A stretch of 64,000 nt of DNA, taken from positions 384,001 through 448,000 of the forward strand of contig CAVZDU010000002.1 of assembly GCA_963774265.1 (NCBI GenBank), read 5' to 3'. This document shows positions 1 through 9,375 of this stretch, piece by piece. Source of the stretch: an uncultured Chloroflexia bacterium. Lineage in GTDB: Bacteria; Chloroflexota; Anaerolineae; CG2-30-64-16. How positions within the stretch are numbered: position 1 is the stretch's first letter; each line of letters opens with the position of its first letter. The notes under the pieces were generated by a model. That model searched no databases. It had not been told where the DNA came from and saw only the letters and a program-made list of their open reading frames with translations. A program made the translations under genes and the position numbers.

Positions 1-621
1 ATAGTCGACGGCCTCGTACGGGTGGGCGACATCCCCGAAAAATCGATTACGCTGGCTGAACTGGCGGTGAAAGCCAACCCCATGCGCGGGTCGGTGGAGC
101 CGGGGACAGAGCCTGGCCTGGAAGCCACCTCTTACTTCGGTCCCAAATACGGCGCGACCGGCGCAGGCACGTGCGCGATGATCGTGGAAGTGGACCCCGA
201 CACGATGCTGGTAGAGATCAAGCGCTACGTGATCGCCCACGACTGCGGTACGGTGCTCAACCCGCTGATCGTCGATGGCCAGATCCACGGCGGCGTGTCG
301 ATGGGCATCGGCCAATCATTCTATGAGAAGCTGGCGTGGGATGAGAACGGCCAACTGCTTAACGCCAATCTGGGCGACTACCTGCTGCCACGCGCCACCG
401 ACATGCCGATCATGCAGATAGGCCACCTCAACACGCCATCGCCGCTCAACCCGATGGGCTCGAAGGGAGTCGGCGAGGCTGGCGCTATCCCCACGCCTGC
501 CTGCTTTGTCCAGGCGGTGGAAAACGCGCTGATCCGATACGATCTGGAGATCCTGGAATCGCCGCTAAGCCCGAATCGGCTGTTCGAAGTAGTTCATGGC
601 CAACCAGAAGGGATCGAGTAG
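1..621 (+). CDS. Xanthine dehydrogenase/CoxL-family molybdopterin-binding subunit, C-terminal part (runs off the window start)
   Basis: Motifs VEVDPDT, AHDCG..LNP.IVDGQIHGG, DYLLPRATDMP and GSKGVGEAG. Frame is open from position 1 to TAG at 619-621. Confidence 0.9.
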   Translation: MVDGLVRVGDIPEKSITLAELAVKANPMRGSVEPGTEPGLEATSYFGPKYGATGAGTCAMIVEVDPDTMLVEIKRYVIAHDCGTVLNPLIVDGQIHGGVSMGIGQSFYEKLAWDENGQLLNANLGDYLLPRATDMPIMQIGHLNTPSPLNPMGSKGVGEAGAIPTPACFVQAVENALIRYDLEILESPLSPNRLFEVVHGQPEGIE

Positions 622-1269
622 ATGAAGCTAGACGGCGAACACGTTTTCCACGGACCGCGTGATGCGGTCTGGGCGTTGATACGCGACCCGGAGGCGCTGG
701 CCCAGGCGCTGCCCGGCACAGAGACCCTCACGAAGCTCAGCGAGAACGAGTACGAGGGCCGGATGAACGTGCGCATCGGCCCGGTATCCGGCGTCTTTTC
801 CGGCAAGGTGCTGGTGTCGGACGAGGCGCCACCTGAAACCTGCACCCTCACCGCAGAGGGCAAGGGGGCGCAGGGTTTTGCCAAAGGCGTAGGTCGAATA
901 CAATTGATCGATCAGGCTGACGGCACGACGCTGATGAAGTACGAGGGCGACGTGCAGATCGGCGGCAAGCTGGCAAGCGTCGGCCAAAGGTCGCTGGACA
1001 CAGTGAGCAAAAGCATGATCCGCCAGGGCCTGACCGCTCTGGACGCCGCCCTGGAAGCACGCATGGTGGCCGCCGCGGCCGGCAAGGAGGTTGCGTACCA
1101 GCCCCCGACCGAAGCCGAGTTCGCTGCGGCCGTCGCCAAAGATGTGGCCAAAGAAGTGGCCGGCGACCTGAGAGAGCGGGCAATGACCAGCCAATCTGCG
1201 CGCATGCTGTTGGTCATCATTCCGCTCGTCGTCATTCTGGTGATCATTGCGCTGATCGTGTCCAGATGA
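622..1269 (+). CDS. coxG: CoxG/SRPBCC-family accessory protein with C-terminal membrane anchor
   Basis: MKLDGEH...VWALIRDPE.LA.ALPG and GGKLASVGQR are CoxG-like; hydrophobic C-terminus; abuts the upstream stop codon. Confidence 0.85.
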   Translation: MKLDGEHVFHGPRDAVWALIRDPEALAQALPGTETLTKLSENEYEGRMNVRIGPVSGVFSGKVLVSDEAPPETCTLTAEGKGAQGFAKGVGRIQLIDQADGTTLMKYEGDVQIGGKLASVGQRSLDTVSKSMIRQGLTALDAALEARMVAAAAGKEVAYQPPTEAEFAAAVAKDVAKEVAGDLRERAMTSQSARMLLVIIPLVVILVIIALIVSR

Positions 1270-1440
1270 TGCGGCCGATCTCAGACCCACTCGCGGGATC
1301 GAAAGGAGGTGATAACCTGCCGTTACGTCGATCGTTGTCCTAGCGTCCACCAGCGTGGCACAGATCGCAGGTCCCGCTGTCCTGGGCAGTGAGAGGAATT
1401 GGAAGCGACGCATTTCCACCCCCAAGTAAGGAAGGTAATA

Positions 1441-2859
1441 ATGGCTGCTACCGCCACCAAGTCGAAGGTCATGGGATACCTGCCGAACGACACTCCGCCG
1501 ATCGGCCAGATGATCCTTCTGGGCTTCCAGCACGTCCTCACCATGTTCCCGGCCACCGTGCTGTGCGCCATCCTGATGCATTTCCCCGTCAGCACGGTGT
1601 TGACCATCACCGGACTGGGTACGGTCATCACCCTGGTCGTCAGCAAACTGACTATCGGCACCTATATCCCCCTCTATTATGGCTCCAGCTTCAGCTACAT
1701 CACAGCCGTGCTGGGCATCATGGCCGCTAAGGGCGTCACCGAGGGCACTGCACCGCCGGAGGTCGTCTCTGTGGTCACCGCCGGTTTCATCGCCACCGCC
1801 ATCATCAATGTGGTGGTCGGCCTGATCATCCGCGTCACGGGCGGCAAGAAGGGTCTGGACCATGTCCTGCCCGCCATCATCACCGGCCCGGTGGCCTGCA
1901 CCATCGGCATCGGCCTGGGCGCTTCGGCGCTGCAAATGGCGAGCGGCACCTGCTGCGGGGTCAGCGATCCCGGCATGCAGCTCAAGTGGTGGGCCGCGGC
2001 CATCATCACGCTGTTGGCCGCCTACATCCTGTCGGTCTACCTCCAGGGCAAGGGCTTCGTCGGCATGCTGCCAATCCTGTTGGCTGCCATCATCGGCTAC
2101 CTCGTCTCCATTCCGCTCGGCCTGGTGAACTGGGGGGCGTTCGGCCAGGAGGCCTTCCTGCGGGCCCCGGTCATCACGCTTCCGCGCTTCAACGACCCGC
2201 TGACCCTCACGGCGGTTGTTGGCATCGGGATCATGGCCATCGCCACTATCCCTGAATCCACGGCGCACTTGTACCAGATCAGCCTGTACGTGGATCACCT
2301 GGCCGAAGAACAGGGCCGCAAGAAGTACGGCCTTGCGGAGTATATCGGCTTGAACCTGATACTGGACGGACTTGACGACTTTATCAACGGCCTGTTCGGC
2401 TCCACCGCCGGCACCAATTACGGCGAGAACAACTCGCTCATGGTGATCACCCGCAACTATGCCGGCCCAGCCCTGATCACTGCTGGGTTGATCGCGGTCG
2501 TGCTCGGCTTCATCGGCCCGCTGGCCGAGGCGATCTCCAGCATCCCGACCGCAGTCTCAGGTGGTCTGGCGATCTACCTGTTCGGCGTCATCGGCATGCA
2601 GGGTATCGCGCTCATGATGGCCGAGAAGGTGAATCTGTACGACCCGAAGCAGTTGGCAATCGGCGCGACCATCCTGATCATCGGCATCGGCGGAAACATC
2701 GGCTTCCCCGGAGGCTTCCTGCCGATCCCGCTGCTGACCGGGATCTTCCCCAGCGGCTGGCCGGCGATCGCGACCGGCGCAGTGGTCGGCATCCTGCTGA
2801 ACCTGATCACGCTGGCCTGGAAGCCGCCCATGGAGCGCACGAACATCCTGAACCGCTAG
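1441..2859 (+). CDS. NCS2 (uracil/xanthine) nucleobase permease
   Basis: GFQHVLTMF (QH motif), YYGSSFSY and TNYGENNS signature; multiple TM segments; SD-like GGAAGGT before ATG 1441. Confidence 0.9.
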   Translation: MAATATKSKVMGYLPNDTPPIGQMILLGFQHVLTMFPATVLCAILMHFPVSTVLTITGLGTVITLVVSKLTIGTYIPLYYGSSFSYITAVLGIMAAKGVTEGTAPPEVVSVVTAGFIATAIINVVVGLIIRVTGGKKGLDHVLPAIITGPVACTIGIGLGASALQMASGTCCGVSDPGMQLKWWAAAIITLLAAYILSVYLQGKGFVGMLPILLAAIIGYLVSIPLGLVNWGAFGQEAFLRAPVITLPRFNDPLTLTAVVGIGIMAIATIPESTAHLYQISLYVDHLAEEQGRKKYGLAEYIGLNLILDGLDDFINGLFGSTAGTNYGENNSLMVITRNYAGPALITAGLIAVVLGFIGPLAEAISSIPTAVSGGLAIYLFGVIGMQGIALMMAEKVNLYDPKQLAIGATILIIGIGGNIGFPGGFLPIPLLTGIFPSGWPAIATGAVVGILLNLITLAWKPPMERTNILNR

Positions 2860-2884
2860 TCCTGGTCCCAGGACCCAATCGAGT

Positions 2885-2930
2885 GTTGCATGAGGCGGTA
2901 AATGTGTTGCGCAGCGCCGCCTCACGCAGC
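2885..2930. terminator. Intergenic inverted repeat/hairpin after the permease
   Basis: GTTGCATGAGGCGG pairs with CCGCCTCACGCAGC; no clear U-tract. Confidence 0.4.
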
Positions 2931-2980
2931 ATTCGCTGCCCAATCAGCCGCTGTCGCACCGCGGGACACCAGAGGACGAC

Positions 2981-3475
2981 ATGATCCTTGATTTCAACCT
3001 TGCCACCACCAAAGAGATGATGCACGCGAGTGCGCCCCAAGCCGAGTTTCAGGCCGAGCTGCGCGCCATCGTAGGCTATCACATGCCGACCAAACGCATC
3101 GTTGCGATCGGCGATACCGCGGACGACATCCACAGGAATGCTCCCGAATACTGGGAGAAGAACGGCAAGCAGATTGAATTTGTCCACCCCTTCGACTTCG
3201 CCCACGCGCGCTCCACCTCCCACCCCTACGAACCGCTGATTGCGGCGCGAGTGGTATCCTGGTTGGCCAACAAGGCCTTCAGCCAGATGAAACACCAGGG
3301 CTTCAAGCGCCTTTTGCTGAGCCCATGGGTGGATCGCGTTAATTACAACCTTCAGCTCGAGGGCTTCGAAAAACTGCCGGTCGACGTCCGCCGTCAATTT
3401 GTAAAGCATCTCAAGAAGCTCCTGGTTGCAGTCCGGCGCGTGGAAATCAACGGAGAGAAGGTGTTGGGGCGGTGA
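2981..3475 (+). CDS. Hypothetical protein (164 aa); weak resemblance to the N-terminal half of MreB/actin-like proteins
   Basis: GAGGA SD before ATG, protein-like composition, fills the gap between permease and FAD subunit. Confidence 0.65.
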   Translation: MILDFNLATTKEMMHASAPQAEFQAELRAIVGYHMPTKRIVAIGDTADDIHRNAPEYWEKNGKQIEFVHPFDFAHARSTSHPYEPLIAARVVSWLANKAFSQMKHQGFKRLLLSPWVDRVNYNLQLEGFEKLPVDVRRQFVKHLKKLLVAVRRVEINGEKVLGR

Positions 3476-3506
3476 CCCAGGTCTCCAAATACGGAGGTTG
3501 ACAACG

Positions 3507-4402
3507 TTGCAACCCTTTGACTACGTCATTCCCAAAGACTATCAGGAGGCCAGTGCGCTGTTGGCGGCTGGCAATGGGTCCGTGCGCGCGCGCTACAGGG
3601 CGGCACGGACCTTTTGATTCGCATCCGCAACGGATTCGTTCGCCCCAAACGCGTCATCGATCTCAAGGGCCTGCCCGGCATGCGCGAAATTCGCGTGAGT
3701 GCCGACGGCTGGCTGGTCGTTGGCGCCGCGTGCACGATGAACCAGGTGGGCCTGCATCCGCTGGTGTGCGAGAGCTATGGCGTGCTTGCCGAGGGATGCA
3801 ACTCGGTCGCGTCGTATCAGCTCCGAAACCGCGCGACCGTCGGCGGCAACTGCTGCAACGCCAGCCCCGCCGCGGACACGGCGCCCGCCCTCCTCTGCCT
3901 CGAGGGCGTGGTTGAGATCTTCGGTCCCGATGGAACTCGCCGGGCAGCAGTCAACGACTTCTTCACCGGACCAGGGCGCACGGTGCTCCGGAAGGGTGAG
4001 TTCCTCACCAGCATTCATCTTCCGCCCTTTCCTGGACGCTCCGCGGGTGCATACCATAAGCTCGGCCGGACACGAATCGGCGACATATCACTGGTCAGCG
4101 TCGCCGTGCACTATCACCAGGCGGAAAATGGCGCGACCTGGCGCATCGCGATCGGCGCGGCGGGTCCCACGCCCCTGCACGCGCCCGAGGCCGAGCTATC
4201 CCTGGCACAAGATACGTCAGCGGATGGTATCGCGCGTGCGGCGGACCTGGTCTCGTCGGCCGCGTGGCCCATCGATGACATCCGCGGCAGCGCAGCCTAT
4301 CGCCGGGCGATGGTGGCCGTGCTGGCCCGACGCGGCATCGAACGCGTGCTGGCGGCGCTTAGCTCTCGCAGCACTCCTCCCGCGACAGGAGGACAGGCAT
4401 GA
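3507..4402 (+). CDS. Molybdenum hydroxylase FAD-binding (CoxM/XdhB-type) subunit, interrupted by a +2 frameshift at ~3590
   Basis: GGAGG SD then TTG start, LQPFDYVIP...; removing one CG from GTGCGCGCGCGCTA restores VRALQGGTDLL. Also QLRNRATVGGN.CNASPAAD and PIDDIRGSAAYR. Confidence 0.88.
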
Positions 4403-4893
4403 AACATCGAATACAGTTTACTGTCAACGGCGAGCCGTATGACATCGAAGTTCCCTCGCACCACACGCTGCTGCAGGTGCTGCGCGAGCAATTGGTGCTG
4501 ACCGGCACGAAGAACGGCTGCGAGGCAGGTGAATGCGGCGCGTGCGCAGTGCTCATGAACGGTGAGCCGGTCAATTCATGCATGGTACTGGCGCCTGAAG
4601 CCGACGGCGCCGCCATCACGACCATCGAGGGCCTGGCGCACGACAGCGAGCTCGACCCGCTGCAGGAGGCATTCGTCGCGACCGGCGCGACGCAATGCGG
4701 TTTCTGCACGCCGGGCATCCTCGTCAATGCCCGCGCCCTGCTGGATCGGAACGCCAATCCGACCGATGCGGAGATTCGCGAGGCATTGGTGGGCAACCTG
4801 TGCCGCTGCACGGGCTACATCCGCATCATCGACGCGATCAAGATCGCGGCGATCAAAATCGCGGCCCGGCAGCGCAGCGAGGTGCTCCGATGA
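4399..4893 (+). CDS. Molybdenum hydroxylase [2Fe-2S] small subunit (CoxS type)
   Basis: GCEAGECGAC, QCGFCTPG and GNLCRCTGY motifs; ATGA overlap with the upstream gene. Confidence 0.95.
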   Translation: MKHRIQFTVNGEPYDIEVPSHHTLLQVLREQLVLTGTKNGCEAGECGACAVLMNGEPVNSCMVLAPEADGAAITTIEGLAHDSELDPLQEAFVATGATQCGFCTPGILVNARALLDRNANPTDAEIREALVGNLCRCTGYIRIIDAIKIAAIKIAARQRSEVLR

Positions 4894-7232
4894 CCACGAA
4901 GAAAAAGACCGCCGTTGTCGGCGCCAGCCCCTTGCGCATCGATGGGCGCGACAAGGTCACGGGCGCGGCGACGTACGTTGACGATATTCAGTTTGGGCCG
5001 AACTTGCTGTGGGGTGCGCTAAAGCGGAGCCCGATTGCGCACGGGCTAATCAAACGAATCGACGTGAGCAAGGCGAAGGCGCTGCCGGGCGTGCGCGTCG
5101 TGGTGGCCGGCGAGGATTTTCCCGGTTTCACAGGCCTCTATCTGAAAGATCGCCGGATCTTCGCGCTCGACCGAGTGCGCTACATCGGTGAAGCTGTCGC
5201 CGGTGTGGCCGCTGACACACTGGAGGTCGCACAGCAGGGCGTTGAGTTGATCGAGGTGGAATACGAGGAATTGCCGGGCGTCTTCGACCCCGAGTACGGG
5301 GCAAGCCCCGAGTCCCCGGTGCTTCATCCGGACCTGGCATCCTATGAATATGTCCCCTTCATCTTCCCTCAGGCGGGCACGAACATCTCGAACTGGATGA
5401 AGGTGCGCAAGGGCGATATGGAGGGCGGCTGGGCCGAGGCGGACCTGGTGTACGAGCACAAATACAAAGTGCCGCACGTCCAGCACGTGCCCCTGGAGAC
5501 CCATGTGTGTGTCGCCCAGCAGAATGTCAACGGGAAGATCACCTTGTGGTCTTCGAGCCAGTCGCCGTTCGCACAGCGCAACCTGATCGCCAAAGCGCTG
5601 CACATCGACCACTCAATGCTCCGCGTCATCACCCCCCACGTGGGAGGCGGGTTTGGCTCCAAAGCCGGTGTAAGTATGGAAGGCGCGGCTGTTGCGCTGG
5701 CCATGCACGCTAAGGGCCGGCCAGTGAAGCTGAGGATGTCGCGAGAGGAGGAGTTCTACACCACGTTCGTGCGACAGGGGCTCACCGCCAGGATCAAGAT
5801 GGGGATGACCCACGATGGCCGCATCACTGCGATGCAGAACACCTTCTACTGGGATGGCGGCGCCAGCACCGAGTATGGCGTGAACATCACGCGCGCGGCC
5901 GGTTACTCCGGCACCGGCCCGTACTTTGTGCCAAACATTCATGTCGACAGCTACTGCGTGTACACCAACCACCCGGTGGGCGGCGCGATGCGCGGGTTCG
6001 GCATGCCGGAAATCCACTTCGGCATCGAACAGCACATCGATGTGATGGCGCACAAGCTGGGGCTCGATCCGGTCGAGGTGCGGCTGAAGAACTGCCTGAA
6101 AGACGGCGACGAGACGCTGACAGGCATGAAAATGCACCCGACGGGTCTCAGCCAGTGCATCCGCCGCGCGGCGGACGCGATCGGTTGGGGGCAGGCCAGC
6201 ACTCCATCTGCGCCGTACAAGGTGCGCGGCAAGGGGTTGGCGGCCATGTGGAAGGCGCCAGCCATGCCGCCGAACCCGGGATCGAGCGCGGTGGTGCGAA
6301 TGAATGAGGACGGCACGGCAACTGTCAGCATCGGAGGCGTCGATATCGGGCAGGGCGCGCTCACGGCCATGGCCCAGTTCGCCGCCGAAGGACTTGGCAT
6401 CAAGGTCACAGACGTGCGGGTGAACACAGTGGACACTGACTACAGCCCGTATGAGTGGCAAACCGTGGCGTCACGTCTTACGTGGAGCATGGGCAACGCG
6501 GTATTGCAGGCAGCCGAAACCGCGCGGATGCAGGTGTTGACCGCAGTGGCCGAAGCCTGGGACGAGGACATCAATGACCTGGACATCATCGATGGGGAGG
6601 TGATCAGCTACAAGTCCGAGGAATCGGTCCCGTTGAAGGACATCGCCATCTACGGCGTACAACGCAAGGACGGCACCTTTGTCGGTGCGCCGGTGGTGGC
6701 CCAGGGTCGCTTTATGCCCGACTACGTCACCCCGCTCGATCCGGAGACCGGGCAGGGCCCACGCGCGGTGGTTCACTTCACCACGGGCGCGCAGGCCGTC
6801 GAGGTCGAAATCGACACGGAGACGGGTGAAATCCAGGTGTTGAAAATCGTCTCGGCTTACGATGTGGGAAAGGCAATCAACCCGGAGATGGTGCGCACCC
6901 AGATGGAGGGCGGCGCGGTGCAAGGGATGAGCACGGCCCTTCTCGAGGCCATCATCCTCGATCAGGGGCGGCCGCGCAACCCGAATTTCACGGACTACCG
7001 CATCGCGACCGCCGTGGATGCGCCGCTGGAGACAGAAAACATCATCATCGAAGTGCCGCAGGACGATGGACCGTTCGGCGCACGCGGCGTCGGCGAGCAT
7101 CCGATGGTTCCCACGGCTCCCGCCATCGCGAACGCGGTGTTCAATGCGGCGGGCGTGCGGATCGACAGCATGCCCCTGACCAGTCAGAAGGTTTGGGAGG
7201 CGCTGCAATCGCGGCTGCACTCGCGAATGTAA
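4890..7232 (+). CDS. Xanthine dehydrogenase-family molybdopterin-binding large subunit
   Basis: RIDGRDKVTG, GGGFGSK, AMRGFG, DIGQG, QMEGG and GARGVGE motifs; ATG 4890 overlaps the small-subunit stop. Confidence 0.93.
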   Translation: MTTKKKTAVVGASPLRIDGRDKVTGAATYVDDIQFGPNLLWGALKRSPIAHGLIKRIDVSKAKALPGVRVVVAGEDFPGFTGLYLKDRRIFALDRVRYIGEAVAGVAADTLEVAQQGVELIEVEYEELPGVFDPEYGASPESPVLHPDLASYEYVPFIFPQAGTNISNWMKVRKGDMEGGWAEADLVYEHKYKVPHVQHVPLETHVCVAQQNVNGKITLWSSSQSPFAQRNLIAKALHIDHSMLRVITPHVGGGFGSKAGVSMEGAAVALAMHAKGRPVKLRMSREEEFYTTFVRQGLTARIKMGMTHDGRITAMQNTFYWDGGASTEYGVNITRAAGYSGTGPYFVPNIHVDSYCVYTNHPVGGAMRGFGMPEIHFGIEQHIDVMAHKLGLDPVEVRLKNCLKDGDETLTGMKMHPTGLSQCIRRAADAIGWGQASTPSAPYKVRGKGLAAMWKAPAMPPNPGSSAVVRMNEDGTATVSIGGVDIGQGALTAMAQFAAEGLGIKVTDVRVNTVDTDYSPYEWQTVASRLTWSMGNAVLQAAETARMQVLTAVAEAWDEDINDLDIIDGEVISYKSEESVPLKDIAIYGVQRKDGTFVGAPVVAQGRFMPDYVTPLDPETGQGPRAVVHFTTGAQAVEVEIDTETGEIQVLKIVSAYDVGKAINPEMVRTQMEGGAVQGMSTALLEAIILDQGRPRNPNFTDYRIATAVDAPLETENIIIEVPQDDGPFGARGVGEHPMVPTAPAIANAVFNAAGVRIDSMPLTSQKVWEALQSRLHSRM

Positions 7233-7250
7233 ACTTGCTGTCAGTGGAGC

Positions 7251-7279
7251 TTGATATCTGCGAAGTTTTGTCCTATAAT
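7251..7279 (+). promoter_or_regulatory. Sigma70-type promoter for the lipoprotein pair
   Basis: TTGATA-17 bp-TATAAT in an AT-rich intergenic region. Confidence 0.7.
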
Positions 7280-7332
7280 AGTCTGCGAGTTGCTCGTTTA
7301 CTTAATAGCCTGACTACCCCATGAGGTGCGTG

Positions 7333-8292
7333 ATGAAACAAAGACTGTTGCTCCTTCTCGTGGTCTTCTCGGTGGTAATGGCCGGCTGTGGCGGCCAGGG
7401 TGTGGAGCCCGCAACCGGACCGACCACATCGACCGGCGAGCTGTTCCAAGTCGCGTTGCCACGCCTCGTCGTTGACGTTGACGCAGAGGGCAACCCAACC
7501 CTCCTCGGCATCTCGCCCGCCCTGCTCAGCGCTTTCGGAGTTGACGTCTCGGGGTTCAGGCTTCCCAAGACGCTCGTCGATCAATTCGTCAATGCGGGGG
7601 TCCAGCACTTTGAAATCGCATCGGTCGGCGACCGTTTGATGTTCTTTGTGGACAGCAAACCGTTGCCCCATCTCGGTTGGACCCCTGACTCGCTCACGCG
7701 GCTGCTCAGCACAATGCAAACGTTGCAGGTGCAGAATGTTGAGGCAATCCAACGCATCCTGCCCATCGTCACCCGGTTAGGTCTCGATGTGGTGTTGCGC
7801 TTTCCGCGGAGCGCGGGCACGGCAGAAATCCCCTTTGTCGACACTGGAACTGTTCGCAGTTTCCAGCCAACGGTCACCACCGATCCAGCCTCGGCCATCA
7901 TCAAATTCGAGGTGCGATTCAACGAGCAAGGCCAGGCCGGCATGATGGGCCTCACCGCCGATGACCTCGCGGCCCTCGGTTTGGGGAGTATGGCCCAGCT
8001 CTCTCCCGATATGCTGAGCAATTTTCAAAAAGGAGATATTCAGCACGTCGAGATCCGTACCAAACCGGACGGTGCTTACGTCTACGTTAATAATGAACCG
8101 CTGCCCAGATTAATCTGGGACACTCAGTTGTTGTCGAACATCGTCGAGTTGTACTCAAGGCTGTCGCCTGAAGCCGGGCTGCTGCCGCTGATTCAGCAGA
8201 TTGGGCCTTACCTCGACCGGACAGACATCGGCATCCTGCTGCGCTTCCCCGTGGCAGCGGGTCGAACTGAGATACCGGCCGAGTTACACTAA
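7333..8292 (+). CDS. Lipoprotein of unknown function with two internal repeats (paralogue A)
   Basis: GAGGTG SD, signal peptide with lipobox VMAGC; each half ends in LRFP; similar to 8321..9298. Confidence 0.8.
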   Translation: MKQRLLLLLVVFSVVMAGCGGQGVEPATGPTTSTGELFQVALPRLVVDVDAEGNPTLLGISPALLSAFGVDVSGFRLPKTLVDQFVNAGVQHFEIASVGDRLMFFVDSKPLPHLGWTPDSLTRLLSTMQTLQVQNVEAIQRILPIVTRLGLDVVLRFPRSAGTAEIPFVDTGTVRSFQPTVTTDPASAIIKFEVRFNEQGQAGMMGLTADDLAALGLGSMAQLSPDMLSNFQKGDIQHVEIRTKPDGAYVYVNNEPLPRLIWDTQLLSNIVELYSRLSPEAGLLPLIQQIGPYLDRTDIGILLRFPVAAGRTEIPAELH

Positions 8293-8320
8293 TGTCACCG
8301 TTCATCGAAGGAGGTGCATA

Positions 8321-9298
8321 ATGCACAGGTTCGCTCTGGTGGTCCTGGTATTGATCAGCCTGCTGGCGACGTCCTGCGGTCCGGCGATTATGCCGGCTGC
8401 AGCGCCGGAAACGGAATCCGGGGAAGTATTCGTAGTCGCCCTGCCCCGGATCGTGATTACATTCGATGACCAGGGTAATCCCGGTGTGGAGGGTGTCGCC
8501 CTGGAGGAGCTCGCCCGCAGCGCCGGCTTTGCTTTGGACCTCAGCCAATACCGGATCGATCCGTTCTATCCGGCATGGATGAAAGCCGCCAACATCCAGC
8601 ACATCGAGCTGCGCCAGACGGGTGACGGCATCGCTCTGCTTGCGAATGGCGAGCTGCTGCCCAGCCTTTCGTTCCAGGGTGGATCGCTGGCGCGAATGAG
8701 TGACATTGCACCGCTACTGGGTCAAAACGGTCCGGCCATTGGGCAGTTGATCGCGAAGTTCGCGCCGCTCGTGCAGCGGCTCGGGCTGTCGATCGTGCTG
8801 AAGTTCCCCCCGCAGGACGGCGCCCAGGCTATCAACTATGGGGTGGATGACGTCAGGCTCTCCGCCCTCGCGCCTTCACCTGAGGCGGCCTCCGCAGTCG
8901 TGAAGTTCGAGGTCCGCTACGACGAGCAGGGTGTGCCCTCCATCCTGGGCATCTCGGCTCGTGATCTCGAGGCGGTTGGGGTAAAAGCCGACATCGCGCT
9001 CGCCCCAAGCGTCCTCGGGCAGTTGCAGGCGAACAACGTTCAGCACATCCAACTCAGCACCAAGTCCAACGGCCTGTACCTCTACGTCAACGGCAGCCCG
9101 CTGCCTGCGATTGCATGGGATAACAAGTCGCTCGACAATGCCGTACAGGTGTATGAGCAGATGAACCCGGGAGTGCCGAAGACGACCCTGGATCTGATCA
9201 AGACGTTCGTTCCCATGCTTGGAAAAACGGACATGTCAGTTATGATCCATTTCCCGTTGGGAGCTGGCGTAGAGCCGATCCCGGCGAAGATGCAGTAA
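8321..9298 (+). CDS. Lipoprotein of unknown function with two internal repeats (paralogue B)
   Basis: AAGGAGGTG SD, lipobox LATSC; shares GE.F.VALPR, KFEVR..EQG, IQH and YVN..PLP with paralogue A. Confidence 0.8.
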   Translation: MHRFALVVLVLISLLATSCGPAIMPAAAPETESGEVFVVALPRIVITFDDQGNPGVEGVALEELARSAGFALDLSQYRIDPFYPAWMKAANIQHIELRQTGDGIALLANGELLPSLSFQGGSLARMSDIAPLLGQNGPAIGQLIAKFAPLVQRLGLSIVLKFPPQDGAQAINYGVDDVRLSALAPSPEAASAVVKFEVRYDEQGVPSILGISARDLEAVGVKADIALAPSVLGQLQANNVQHIQLSTKSNGLYLYVNGSPLPAIAWDNKSLDNAVQVYEQMNPGVPKTTLDLIKTFVPMLGKTDMSVMIHFPLGAGVEPIPAKMQ

Positions 9299-9309
9299 CA
9301 CTTGGCCGT

Positions 9310-9351
9310 AAGGTCTGCGGCGGATGGGTCCAGCCCTGCACCGCAGACCTT
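9310..9351. terminator. Intergenic hairpin
   Basis: AAGGTCTGCGG ... CCGCAGACCTT, 11-bp perfect inverted repeat. Confidence 0.45.
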
Positions 9352-9375
9352 GCTCCAGAAAGGGATAACGCCGTT

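Noticed and set aside
628-2298. Long minus-strand ORFs (also 9813..10751, 16550..18127, 33539..34705, 48681..49781) and + strand 50735..51793 and 54346..55713
   Set aside because: Antisense shadows of well-supported genes in GC-rich DNA; no motifs or RBS.
4890-7232. Aerobic CO dehydrogenase form I (because coxG is nearby)
   Set aside because: The active-site loop is GAMRGFG, not AYRCSFR. The loop of the partial gene at 1..621 lies outside the window, so that gene cannot be judged.
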